Below, in pieces: positions 1 through 12,074 of a stretch of DNA of 64,000 bases; position 1 is the first letter of the stretch, and the number at the start of each line of letters is the position of its first letter. The DNA is taken from NCBI GenBank assembly GCA_964016885.1, contig OZ024750.1, forward strand, positions 25,668,001 to 25,732,000, in the 5' to 3' direction. A program made the position numbers and the translations under genes. Source of the stretch: Eledone cirrhosa (Eukaryota). The notes below the pieces were generated by a model. It ran no database searches. It saw only the letters and a list, made by a program, of their open reading frames with translations, and was not told where the DNA came from.

Positions 1-462
1 ATGTGGTAGTGAAACTGGTTGTAGCAATATTGCATACACCTCTCTCATATTGGACCTCCTACCAACAGGTAATTAGACAATATTTATTTAAAAATACACA
101 CAACACTATTATTTATTGAAATGTTGACACAGTACCACTGTTTATGTTGACACAGTACCACTGTTTATGTTTACACAGTACCACTCTTTATTCAGATCTT
201 TACACAGTACCACTGTTTACTAAAATCTTTACAGTACTACTGTTTACTAAAATGTTGTGAGATATAAAACACACTTCACAGTAAAATCTTAACTAAATAT
301 TATCCCAACGCACCTCAACATTTGCAGTAACACCTGGAAATGTTATAATACACTGATTGAAAACCTTTGATTTAGATAAAAGTTGCCTTTTTATTTAATG
401 AGACATAAATTCTATAAATATTTCAATATTATTTCTGAGAGAATTATCTATCTATATTTCAG

Positions 463-613
463 GTTTACGAGGTTTGATGCTGGCTAGTATGGTCTCTGCC
501 CTTATCACATCACTTACATCTATTTTCAACAGTTCAAGTACAATATTTGCCATGGATATATGGTCATACTTCCGCAGAAAAATTTCAGATATAGAAATGA
601 TTATTGTTGGACG
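463..613 (+). CDS. SLC5A/SGLT-family sodium:solute symporter, internal exon ([34 protein letters not shown]...IIVGR)
   Basis: tttcag acceptor at 461-462, gtaag donor at 614. Manual translation matches the conserved SGLT motif [23 protein letters not shown]. The 5' exons lie outside the window. Confidence 0.95.
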
Positions 614-813
614 GTAAGCTATTTCAGTGAATTCTTGTAGAGGGTCAGTTTGTTATTTATAAAACATTGACACATAAAGTTTAGATGATCCCCTTAAACA
701 TAATAGTGTCATAAAAGTGTTGATATATCAGTTAGTTATTACAGAGAGGCCACTTTATTATATGTTTGTTATAGATAATACATAGGAACATTAAGGTTTG
801 ATAATCCCCTTAA

Positions 814-1408
814 CCCTTTAGCATTTAAACTGGCTGTATTGGGTCAGAATTCACTCACGTCTTTCTGGTCAAACTAGCTGTAACCGGCCACGCTGCTCAT
901 ACTGATGTTAAGATATTGTTCTTAAAATAAATAATATCAAAATCTCATAGATTCGATATTATATGAGATAATTATGTGAGGTAAAGCCTTTACCGTGAAA
1001 ATATAATAGTATATATCTAAAGTCTAAAGTCTGTCTTAAGCCAGAAGGCTCATTTGGCTGGTGCTTATCCCGGTTTCATGGCGTGAAGCAACTGAGAGTA
1101 CAAGACTCTCCCCTGGACAGGATACTAGTCCATCGCAGGATTAAACTCCCAACTATTGCTGGTACTCATTTTCAGCTGAGTATACTGGAGCAATGTGAAA
1201 TGAAGTGTTTTGCTCAAGAACACAACATGCAACCCAGGAATCGAATCCACAACATTATGATCGTAAGTCCAACACCCTTACCACTAGGCTACATGCCTCC
1301 AATAGTAAATATAGAGTAATGTAAATGTTATGTGAGATAATTATGTTAGGTAAAGCCTTTACCATGAAAATATAATAGTAAATATAGAGTAATGTAAATG
1401 CTAAAGGG
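814..1408. mobile_element. piggyBac-type MITE (TTAA|CCCTTTAG...CTAAAGGG|TTAA) interrupted by a SINE
   Basis: TTAA flanks and TIRs; same family at 5647-5875, 11854-12074, 34980-35199. Confidence 0.8.
1036..1300 (-). mobile_element. tRNA-derived SINE family 2 (GGAGGCATGTGGCCTAGTGGTAAGG head, GTGTTCTTGAGCAA core)
   Basis: A/B-box-like head; near-identical copy at 34714-34979 (+). Confidence 0.8.
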
Positions 1409-1680
1409 TTAAACATAATGTAATAAAGGTGTTTGATATTTAACATTTTACTGACAAATGGATATACTGTAACTAATTAGTTTAATATTGAAACGCTATT
1501 TTATATAAAGTGTTTAGTTTATATACCAGGAGAAGAGTAAGAGGTGACTAAAAGAGTTGATCCCTGGAAGGACACTTGGGTGTAAAACCTTTGCTTTTGT
1601 AGGGTAAATGACCTTAAAACACTTGCTGTTGTCTGCATATGAAATAGTGTTGTTGTCTGTCTATAGAAAAAGTTTATCAC

Positions 1681-2166
1681 ACATGACACAATCTATTCTA
1701 TGGTGTATTGTACATGGCACAATCTATTCTATGGTGTATTGTACATGACACAATCTATTCTATGGTGTATTGTACATGACACAATCTATTCTATGGTGTA
1801 TTGTACATGGCACAATCTATTCTATGGTGTATTGTACATGGCACAATCTATTCTATGGTATATTGTACATGACACAATCTATTCTATGGTGTATTGTACA
1901 TGACACAATCTATTCTATGGTGTATTGTACATGACACAATCTATTCTATGGTGTATTGTACATGACACAATCTATTCTATAGTGTATTGTACATGACACA
2001 ATCTATTCTATGGTGTATTGTACATGACACAATCTATTCTATGGTGTACTGTACATGACACAATCTATTCTATGGTGTATTGTACATGACACAATCTATC
2101 CTATGGTGTACTGTACATGACACAATCTATTCTATAGTGTACCATACATGACATAATCTATTCTAT
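1681..2166. repeat. 31-bp minisatellite (acatgacacaatctattctatggtgtattgt), about 15.5 copies, intronic
   Basis: direct tandem periodicity. Confidence 0.95.
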
Positions 2167-2175
2167 ATATTTCAG

Positions 2176-2344
2176 TATTTTTATCCTGTTTCTGGTAATT
2201 GTAAGCGTTCTTTGGATTCCAATTATCCAAGAGTCTCAAGGTGGAGATTTATTTGTCTACATCCAAGTAATATCCAGTTTTACACAACCTCCAATCTGTG
2301 CTATCTTCTTGCTTGCCCTCTTTTGGAGCAGACTCAATGAAAAG
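2176..2344 (+). CDS. SLC5A/SGLT-family exon (RIFILFLVIVSVLWIPIIQESQGGDLFVYIQVISSFTQPPICAIFLLALFWSRLNEK)
   Basis: ttcag/gtaat splice sites, phase-compatible with the previous exon, and WIP..Q....LF.YIQ...PP...F.LA.FW.R.NE motif of SGLTs. Confidence 0.95.
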
Positions 2345-2459
2345 GTAATATTGTTTTTGCCATTCTAGTTCTTTAAAATCACCTCCCCCTTTCTCTCCAC
2401 CCTCCCCTCCACCTCACAAACCTACACTCATTTATACATACACATGTACATACATAAAC

Positions 2460-3238
2460 TTTACAAGGTGGGCTGGGCACTTTTTTTTGTGGCACCAGGA
2501 TAACCACATGACAAGGTGGACCGGGTGCTTTTTCTTGTGTCACCAGGACGACCACCTGACAAGGAGGATTGGGCACCTTTTGTTGTGGCACCAGGTCGAC
2601 CACCTGTCAAGGAGGATTGGGCGCTTTTGTTGTGGCACCAGGACAACCACCTGACAAGGTGGATTGGGCGCTTTTGTTGTGGCACCAGGACAACCACCTG
2701 ACAAGGTGGACTCGGTGCTTTTCGTCATAGCTTCACTATGACAATCTAACAGGGTGAACTGGCTGCTTTTTTTGTCATGGTACCAGTACGACCACCTTAC
2801 AGGGTGGACTTGGTGTTTGTTTCTTGTGGTAGCACCAGCACTGCCATTGTACAGAGTGGACTGGGTGTTTTTTGTTGTAGCACCAGCACTGCGATTGTAC
2901 AGAGTAGATTGGGTGTTTTTTCTTGTGGGACCAGCACTGCAATTGTACCGAGCGGACTGGGTGTTTTTTCTTGTGGGACTAGCACTGCCATTGTACAGAG
3001 TGGACTGGGTGTTTTTTGTGGTAGTACCAGCACTGCCACTGTATAGAGTGGACTGGGTGTTTTTTGAGGTAGCACCAGCACTGCCATTGTACAGAGTGGA
3101 CTGGGTGTTTTTTGAGGTAGCACTAGCACTGCCACTGTATAGAGTGGACTGGGTGTTTTTTGAGGTAGCACCAGCACTGCCATTGTACAGAGTGGACTGG
3201 GTGTTTTTTGAAGTAGCACCAGCACTGCCACTGTACAG
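2460..3238. repeat. Intronic minisatellite with two related unit types (about 50-54 bp, then 48 bp)
   Basis: tandem gtggactgggtgtttttt...gcaccag units; the 16-aa periodic ORFs are by-products. Confidence 0.9.
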
Positions 3239-3433
3239 CACGAAAAAATGGACATAAAAATGACGATGACGATGACGATGATGATGTCAAATAAAATACA
3301 TTCTATTCCAATTCAATTAATATAGAATTTTAAGTGATTTACTAAAATTATTAATTATGTAATTACTAAGGTAATTATTATAGCCCAATATTACACATAA
3401 TATTAACATTGATACTGCACACATAACAACAGT

Positions 3434-4019
3434 AATAATTGTTTCTACTTTAGGCACAAGGCCAGCAATTATCCCAGTGCATTACTGGTACTTTATTTTA
3501 TCGACTCTGTAAGGATGAAAGGCAAAGTTAACCTCGGCAATAATAATACACTGTGTCTGTCTGTCTGTCTCTCTGTCTCTATTTGTTTTATTATTAATAA
3601 GGTCGGTGGATTGGCAGTATCGGTAGAGGGTCTGCCCCATGCTTTGCAGCAAAGAGTTACGGCCCTTTATGGCCTGAGTTCAATCCCGCCGAGGTTGACT
3701 TTGCTTTCATCCTTACGGGGTCGATAAAATAAAGTACCAGTAATGCACTGGGGTAATTGCTGGCCTTGTGCCAAAAGTAGAAACAATTATTAATAAGGAT
3801 GGTGGATTGGGAGTATTGGTAGAGTGTCGGACGCCATGCTTTGCAACATAGAGTTACGCCACTTTATGATCTGAGTTCAAATCCCGCCGAGGTTAACTTT
3901 GCCTTTCATCCTTACGGGGACGATAAAATAAAGCACCAGTAAAACACTGGAGTCGATTTAATCGACTTTCCCCTTCCCCCAAATTACTGGCATTGTGCCT
4001 ATAGTAAAAATCATTATTA
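3434..4019. mobile_element. Cluster of tRNA-derived SINE family 1 (Nin/Deu-domain-like): partial - copy 3434-3540, + copies 3601-3793 and 3797-4019
   Basis: A box TGGCAGTATCGG, B box GAGTTCAAATCC, core GCCTTTCATCCTTACGGGGTCGATAAAATAAAGTACCAG. Confidence 0.85.
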
Positions 4020-4048
4020 ATATGTTTCTCTCTCTTACTATATTTCAG

Positions 4049-4270
4049 GGTGCCTTCTATGCTTTAGTCATTGGAATGCTAACTGGTTTGATCCGCTTCA
4101 TTGTAGAATATTACCATTTAATGCCTCCTTGCTTTAAGAATCTTCCAGATCCAAGACCAGATGTTGTGAAACACTTTCACTTCTTGTATTTTTCTATTTT
4201 TCTCTTTGGATTTACTTTACTTTCTGCCGTTATCATCAGTCTTCTTACACATCCAATTGATCCTCGTTGT
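4049..4270 (+). CDS. SLC5A/SGLT-family exon (GAFYALVIGMLTGLIRFIVEY...HFLYFSIFLF...SLLTHPIDPRC)
   Basis: tttcag/gtaag sites; lies within ORF 3995..4279; GAF..L..G...G..R...E...HYLYF-type SGLT motif. Confidence 0.95.
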
Positions 4271-4559
4271 GTAAGTTGATATATTAATATCTTTATAATT
4301 TCATTGCTCATCTTTATCATCTTCATCATCTTCTAACAATCCCCTTAGCTCGTCTTCTTTGCCCCCTTATTAAGTATATAAAGTTACAGATATTTTAATA
4401 ATCCCTTTCAATATCTTAATTATATCATTTTAATCCTTATTGATAATTAATTAAAACAGATAGACACTTGACTCATTAGAAATATAGTCTTGAAGGGGTT
4501 AAATAAAATTATTAACTCTTCTTCTTCTCCTTCTCCTTCTCCTCCTTTTTCTTCTTCAC

Positions 4560-4955
4560 CCACTCATTCCTGAGAGAGTAGTGAGGTAGAATCTTCAAGC
4601 ATTCCTTCCAACGGGTCCTGTCAGAAGCAACCATCTCCATTTGATTCGGCAGGATCCCCCAAGCGTGACCAGCAGAGCTCATGGATTTTATCCAACCATC
4701 TTGCTTGGGGTCTACCCCTAGGTCTCCTGTCTGTTGGTTTTACCCGTAAAATCTATCCAGCGATTCTTTCCTGAGACATTCTAACCACATGCCCGTAGTA
4801 TCAGAGCTGTGATCTCACAATTTCGGAGAAGTAGTGGCTCTATCTGGAGTGACTCTCTGTTCTCCAAGCTAAGCAACCTATTGAGTAATGTTACACCAAA
4901 GACCCTTCGGAGGAATCCCATTTCGGCCACTTGTATTCACGATTGTATTCCCATA
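4560..4955 (-). mobile_element. RTE-clade LINE 3' fragment with (GAA)n tail
   Basis: degenerate ...GHVVRMSQERIA...KPTDRRPRGRP.ARWLD; sister copies 54925-55270 and 28725-28845. Confidence 0.75.
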
Positions 4956-5008
4956 AGCTTCCTGGTTAAATAATCTTTTATTTGATCTCTATATTAATTT
5001 ATTTGTAA

Positions 5009-5462
5009 AGGCATGTGGCTCTATGGTTCAGGTATTTAACTCACAATCATAAGGTTGTGAGTTAAATTCCCAGCAGCATGTTCTGTTCTTGAGCAAGGCA
5101 TTTTATTTCATGTTGCTCCAGTGTCCACTCAGCTGCCTAAAATGAGTTGTACTTGTAATTCGAAGGGCCAGCCTTGTCACATTCTGTGTCATGCTAAATC
5201 TCCCTGGGAACTACATTGAGGGTGCACATATCTGTGGACGTAACTTGCATGCATGTTAATTTCATGAGCAGGCTGTTCTGTTGATCGTATCAACTGGAAC
5301 TCTCGTTATAACCAACAGAGTGCCATTATACGTCCCTTTACGATCTGAGTTCAATTCTCGCCGAGGTTTACTTTGCCTTTCATCCTTACGGGGTCGATAA
5401 AATAAAGTACCAGTAATGTACTGGGATAATTGCTGGCCTTGTGCCAAAAGTAGAAACAATTA
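5009..5462 (+). mobile_element. SINE family 2-type copy followed by partial SINE family 1
   Basis: ggcatgtggctc...gttcttgagcaaggc head and core, then gcctttcatccttacggggtcg core. Confidence 0.7.
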
Positions 5463-5466
5463 TATA

Positions 5467-5634
5467 CCGTATTTCCTGGCATCGAAGACACTGCTTTTCC
5501 CCCTAAATAAGTCTAAAAAATCTATCATGCGTTCTGGAGGCCGAAGGTTGTTTATTATTTTTTTTCAAAGTCTTGGTTGTCAAAATTAGGGTGTGTCCTC
5601 AAGGACGAAGCATCTTCGGCGCTGGGAAATACAG
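5467..5634. mobile_element. Tc1/mariner-pogo-type MITE (TA|CCGTATTTCC...GGAAATACAG|TA)
   Basis: imperfect TIRs with TA flanks. Confidence 0.65.
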
Positions 5635-5646
5635 TAATTGATTTAA

Positions 5647-5875
5647 CCCTTTAACATTTAAACTGGCCATATCCGACCCAAATTCTCTGACCTCTTTCTG
5701 TTTTCTGTTCAAACCAGCTGTAACCTACCACTCATACTGATGTTAAGGTATTGATCTCAAAATATATAGTATCAACATCTCATAGATTCGATATTATGTG
5801 AGATAATTATGTGAGGTAAAGCCTTTACCATGAAAATACAATAGTAAATATAGAGTAAATGTAAATGCTAGAGGG
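5647..5875. mobile_element. piggyBac-type MITE
   Basis: TTAA|CCCTTTA...TAGAGGG|TTAA; same internal sequence as 814-1408. Confidence 0.8.
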
Positions 5876-5996
5876 TTAATGTTAAAGTTCAGTTTGGATG
5901 TTGTGATTATGTATTTTATCTTTCCTGTCTTTTAAGTTGCACTATTCTGTAAATGACAAGAAGCATTAACCAGTTTTAAAATAATTATTTCTACAG

Positions 5997-6291
5997 CTGG
6001 CTCGTTTAACTTGGTGGACTCGACATAGTAAAGAACCTCGAATGAAAATTGATGAAGATGATGATGATGATGATGAGGATGCTGCAACTTCATATTCTAA
6101 ACCAAAAAATATCAAAGATGAAACAAATATTTATGGGACCAGTAGTTACAGTAACATTTCCAAAAATATGCTCACCAAATCCAGTGAAAATGGAGCTCAG
6201 CCAAATGATGAGAACTCAGAGGATATCAAAACAATTGCAGAAGATATTGAAGAACACAACACCAGAGTTTATAACATGGATATGGTAACAG
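5997..6291 (+). CDS. SLC5A/SGLT-family exon, large acidic C-terminal loop (LARLTWWTRHSKEPRMKIDEDDDDDDED...)
   Basis: ctacag acceptor; L.RL.W..R.S...R motif; phase-1 donor G|gtaatt at 6291/6292 matches the next exon. Confidence 0.88.
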
Positions 6292-7420
6292 GTAATTCTT
6301 TCAATTAGATTCTACTTACCATCACAAAACACTGCTTTTAACCTGATGGTAAGGGAGGAATCAATCAACAAGATCCCAGACCTCATTTGCTTATTGAGTG
6401 GGGTCGAACTTGTCAAATCCGACCATGGAAACAATGTTTCCATTTGTTTTTCCATTACAACTCCTGGCAGAAGGAACAACGGGAAATAAAGTGTCTTGCT
6501 CAAGGACATAATGCATCACCTGGTTCGGGAATTGAACTCGCAACCTCAAGATTGCAAATCCAATTCTCTAACCATTCAGCCACGTGCCTTCAGTAGGAGT
6601 TTACATTTATTTTTTATCACTTATCAGCAGAGACAATGTCATTGCGTATGACTATTTTCAGGGAATCCAAAGTTGGTAATAGTAAGAGAGAAGGTTATAG
6701 GTCTGATCTAAATGTTTACAATAGACTCTGCTAAAGATACCAAAGGGACTATGTGGTAGTGTTAAGCTGGATTATAGATTAAGTCAACAAGAACAAGAAC
6801 AATCTCTTTAATGGGTTTCCACACAGTTTCTGTATACCATATTTTACTGACAAAGTTTTGGTTGAGCTGTATGTTATATATATCTAAACTATAATAAAGT
6901 AAGGAGTGCGGGACTGTGTCCTGAATATATTTTTTTATCCCCTTAGTAAAATAAGTTGGATTACTTTGAATAAATAATGAATGAATATTACATAATTTAT
7001 CTACTAAATTTCATAACTCTTGATTAAATATATTTTATTGCTTATTTAAAGATTCACTTTAAAATTTTCAAATGTCAACACTTCCGGTTAGCGATCGCTT
7101 AAATAAACATTCATATATTTCCGTCACTAATTTTTTTTCCTAATGCAGTTTATATATGATGAAGAAGGTGATGATGATGATCGTCTTTTTTAATGTATCA
7201 TGGATTACTTTACTGATTACATAAGAGAGTGTAACGCAGACTTCATTCAATTTCTGTGGATATTGTGGATATTAAAGACGATATTATATATAAACTGCAT
7301 ATATGATAAACTAAAATGCTATCAAAACGAAAAAGGAGAAAATTAGCAATGGAAATATAAACAATATATAATGATGCAAATATATGAACATTTATATAAA
7401 CGATGTAATATGTGTTATAA

Positions 7421-7831
7421 TATAATTGTTTCTACTTAAGGCACAAGGCCAGCAATTATCCCAGTGTATTACTGGTACTTTATTTTATCGACCCCGTAAG
7501 GATGAAAGGCAAAGTCAACCTCAGTGGGATTTGAACTCAGATCGTAAAGGGACGTAACTATGCTGGAAAGCATGGCGTCCGACCCTCTACCGATACTGCC
7601 AATCCGCCTTTGTGTTATAATATAATGGACGCTAATATAATGTGTTATAATATAATTGTTTCTACTTTAGGCACAAGGCCAGCACATACCCAGTGCATTA
7701 CTGGTACTTTATTTTATCGACCCCGTAAGGATGAAAGGCAAAGTCAACCTCAGCGGGATTTGAACTCAGATCATAACTATGCTGGAAAGCATGGCGTCCG
7801 ACCCTCGACCGATACTGCCAATCCACTGCCC
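7421..7831 (-). mobile_element. Two tandem SINE family 1 copies in the last SLC5A intron
   Basis: reverse complement of the family 1 consensus; flanked by repeated aatatgtgttataatataat. Confidence 0.85.
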
Positions 7832-8070
7832 TATAATGTGTTATAATATAATGGACGCTAACCGGAAGTGTTGACATTTGAAAATTTTCAAGAAGTGAAT
7901 CTTAAAATATGCAATACTTTATATATAAGAATAATATTTATGTTTAATCAACAGCTACAAAATTTAGTAGATAAATTACATGATATTCATTCATTATTTA
8001 TTCAAAATAATCCAACTTATTTTACTAACGGGATAAAAAAATATAAAACAGACGCTGTCCCGTACTCCTC

Positions 8071-8101
<31 letters not shown>

Positions 8102-8172
8102 TTGTACATCTATTTTTGATATTCACAAAATAAACCATATCACTTTTTTCCCCACTTCTTTGTATCTTTTAG

Positions 8173-8378
8173 CAATTACCCCAGCTCCCTACTGGAAGAA
8201 ATTCATCTATTGGGTTTGTTGTTTCCAAGAACAAATTGCCAATCAACCTGAACAACCAATTTCAGCTTATGAATTAGAACGTTCTATAGAAGAAAACCCA
8301 AAATGGAGACTAACAACATCAATTTTATCTGTTATTCTTCTTGTAATTGCTTGTTTTCTAATGATTTATTTCTCTTAA
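8173..8378 (+). CDS. SLC5A/SGLT-family terminal exon (WKKFIYWVCC...SIEENPKWRLTTSILSVILLVIACFLMIYFS*)
   Basis: ttttag acceptor at 8171-8172 (an in-phase alternative ccccag lies 12 nt downstream), S..E.P.W motif plus final TM helix, TAA stop. Confidence 0.9.
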
Positions 8379-8700
8379 TTTATTTTTCATGCTAAATCTA
8401 TTGGCAGCAAACATAAATATCTTTTTGTTTCATTGAAGCATCTGTTTGTTTGTTCTCTAACAGATTCTTGTATGTTTTCTTATATAACTGTATTAGTTAT
8501 ATAGTGTGTTACTACAAATACAACTATATACATATATAAATAACATTAGACAATCTTGTTAGTAATTCATGTTACACTTTTCCACTCTCATATTGCTGTT
8601 TAAAATGTCTTAATATTATTTTGCTTTGGCAATCTTAGCTGTTTTTCTTTCTTTCTTTCTTTTGTAAAGGTATGTGTTTTTGAGTGTGTGTGTGTGTGTA

Positions 8701-8742
<42 letters not shown>

Positions 8743-9160
8743 AGTCCTAAATAAATGAGGTTGTGTAGGTGTCACAACAAAAAAACACACAGTCCACGCT
8801 GTAATGTGGCCGTGTAGGTAACACGGTAAAAACCTCCCAGTCCACTGTAAACGGGGTTGGTGTTAGGAAGGGCATCCAGCTGTAGAAAACCCGCCAGACA
8901 GTCCTGAGCAAGACAACCAATCTTGCCTCAAGTGGGGCAATTCCCGTCCAGACCCATGCTAGCGTGGAAAATGGATGTTAAACGATGATGATGATATATA
9001 TATATATATATACACACAGGGAGTGTAACGTGAAGTTCCCAAGTCGGACCAGATCTATACAGATCGAACCTTGAGCTGATCAGTAGTGAAATGCACGTCA
9101 CCAACCAATAAACGTAATGAAGGACTAACAACTCATCCTTGTTATAATAATAATAATAAT

Positions 9161-9209
<49 letters not shown>

Positions 9210-10675
9210 CAAGTGGAAGCTTAGTAAAATCGAAGCTTTGGCTGTGGCCAAGCAAAGTCGACCTACAATAAGGAATGAGTAGCAAAGCACTCAATAAGGG
9301 TAGGTCCTTAGAGTAATAACATTACGTTTAAAAAGCTTGACAAATTGAAAATTGCAGTATTCTCTTCCTTTAATGATCATGTCATGCTACTATGCAACAT
9401 TGCATTTCATACACAGGCATAATACAATCTACCTTTTGCTTGCAGAAAGAATCCCTTTATTGTCATTAGAAGTAATAACTCCCTGAACTTTCTTCCTGAT
9501 TGCTTTCACAGCACCATCCTCCACTGCTGATTAGGTTATCTAGGTAACTAACAGAAGCAATAAATTAATTATGTGGAATGTGCTGAGCATTCGAAAGAAT
9601 ATATTTATTGATGTTCTCACTATTAACTACCTACTACTGCGTGTCTGCTATGTATAAAGTCTTCTTTCTTTCTCAGCCTGCCTCTGATCCCACTATATCT
9701 CTTGTGCACCCTTAGTTTACATCTAGTACACGGTATGAGACCCCTATCTTCCTACTTGCTCCTTTTCTGCATATCAAACATGGCCACCAATCTAATTCTC
9801 TTCTTTGTAAGTTGTACTAAAAATTCTTTCTGTTACTTTCCTAACCTGTTATTCCATTAGTTTGATAGTTTCTTCTTTCTAGAATATCTTCTCTACCATT
9901 TTAGCAGTTCATGGCTATACTGTTGTAACTTCGCTCTACAAACCTGGCTGACTTTGCAAGTAACTAGCTTGAGCCAGCTTAATTAGTCTAAGCTTAACTA
10001 TTCTGCTGTGTACTCTGACTACCTCAATTATTTAATTGTTTCTCTGCCAACAGTACTTTGCCTGCTCTGACTTCTATTTCGCTGTTTCTTCCTCAGAAGA
10101 TACATTTATGACTCACCTTTCTTGTACACACCATAGACCTAGTACACAGTATAGATCTATGACATGTCTTGTATATCGATCTTTGACACATCTCTCATGT
10201 AGATAACATACACCCATGACATCTCTCTCTCTTGTACACAATATAGATCTATGACATATCTTGTAAATCCTTCTATGACACACCTCTCTTGTACACAACA
10301 TAGACTTATGACATATCTCTCTTCTATACACTATAGATCTATGACATATCTCTCTTGAACACAACATACATCTATGACTCTCCTCTCATGAACACAGCAT
10401 ACATTTATGACATGTCTCTCTCACCTAGGACGCTCCTCTCTTGTACACAACATAGATCTATGACACGTCTCTCTCTCTCACTTATGGCACTCCACTCTTT
10501 GCTATGATGCATACTTCTAATCTTGTATCAATATCATCTCTCCACATCTACCTTTCATCATACCAACGTTGATAGAATGACAACCACAAATATTTTTACT
10601 TTTCTAAAAGTGGAAAATATCTTCTGGATGGGTTGTCGTTCCAAGTTGGTTTTCTACACCTGAAATAAAATTTAT

Positions 10676-10726
<51 letters not shown>

Positions 10727-10925
10727 ATAATAATAAAATTGAAGACTAAAATCCAAAGAGGGCTCGATAAGGAAAATATATATCAAATATATAAGAACCG
10801 TAGAGCAAATATTTATTAAAATAACAGATTAATTAAATAACAGATTAAATAATTAAATAACAGATTAATTAAATTAACAGATTTATTAAAATAACAGATT
10901 GCTTAAACTTTAATCTGTTATTTTA

Positions 10926-10939
<14 letters not shown>

Positions 10940-10965
<26 letters not shown>

Positions 10966-11150
10966 GGCTTCATCAGGACTAGAACTGTTTTATTCGAAAG
11001 GAATCATCAGGAAAGCCCTCATGATTTCCTTCGAATAAAACAGTATTAGTCCTGTAGAAGCCATTTCTATATTAAATTTTGTATATACTCTACTAATGTA
11101 TTGAGTACCTTACTTACTGTGGTTACCCCCGTTTGAACCCGGGACTCACA
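10940..11150. mobile_element. Fold-back PLE-like end, family A (aggactagaactg...cagttctagtcctgtagaag); other copies 36978-37105, 49258-49413
   Basis: internal inverted repeat, TGATGA..GAAAC hammerhead-like core in sister copies, (TA)n flanks. Confidence 0.55.
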
Positions 11151-11853
11151 TACACACACATATATATATATATATATAAATTTCGTTTTGTTGTATTTGC
11201 CTGTACGTATGTGTGTATTTGCCTGTACGTATGTGTGTATTTGCCTGTACGTATGTGTGTATTTGCCTGTGTGTATGTGTGTATGTGTGTGTTCAAATAA
11301 TTGTTTTTTTTACCAGTTTTGGGCAAATGAAGTTTGTTATTCGTTCTTCTGTTGTATATTAATTGAGAGTGTATATATTATTTTCTACTTGATTATATTC
11401 TTTTGTAAAAATAATTATAAAATTCCTTCTGGAAAAACAAAAAAATATGAATGTGAATTGATTTGTCAGTTTATGATGAGATAAAAGTATTTTATTTAAA
11501 ATTTATAAAAATGCAGTTAAAATCATTTATTCATTTTAAAATTTGGCACTAGGCCATACTTTGTGGGAGGGGTAGTGGTGTAGTTTTCAGGCTTAAACTG
11601 TTTTTTATGTCAGTGGGCAGTTTAAAATTTGAAAAATAGGTAAAATTTTCCTCTGGAAAGATGACGGATGACAAATTTGATCTTTGCAGGATTGGAACTC
11701 AAATTCTAGAACCATAAGTTATGTTATTTGACTTCCTTGAAGTCTTGGAATATTTTTACTTGACACACATTACTTCCAGATATTGACACAAGGTCATAGA
11801 TTTGTAAGGGAGAAGGTAAGTAAGGTGAATCAACCCTACTACATGTCTGTTAA

Positions 11854-12074
11854 CCCTTTAGCATTTACATTACTCTATATTTACTATTGTATTTTCATGG
11901 TAAACACTTTATTTCTCACAATTATCGCACATAGTATTGAATCTACGAGATTTTGATATTATTTACTTTGAGAACAATACCTTAACATAAATATAAGGAG
12001 CTGGTTACAGCTGGTTTGAACAGAAAGAGGTGAGAGAATTCTGGCCAGATACGGCCGGTTTAAATGCTAAAGAG
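11854..12074. mobile_element. piggyBac-type MITE (reverse orientation)
   Basis: TTAA flanks, CCCTTTAGCATTTA TIR. Confidence 0.75.

Noticed and set aside
1681-2166. CRISPR-like 31-bp repeats
   Set aside because: No unique spacers, eukaryotic intron, no cas genes
2540-3257. Long ORFs (233, 167, 152 aa) with 16-aa periodicity resembling ice-nucleation or mucin repeats
   Set aside because: Open in several frames and on both strands because the 48-bp minisatellite unit lacks stops; intronic to SLC5A
3601-3793. tRNA gene-like A/B boxes (and in about 20 similar copies)
   Set aside because: No cloverleaf; they are heads of dispersed SINEs
6042-6308. Stand-alone 88-aa ORF (also 3995-4279 and 8160-8378)
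   Set aside because: These are exons of the SLC5A gene, not separate genes
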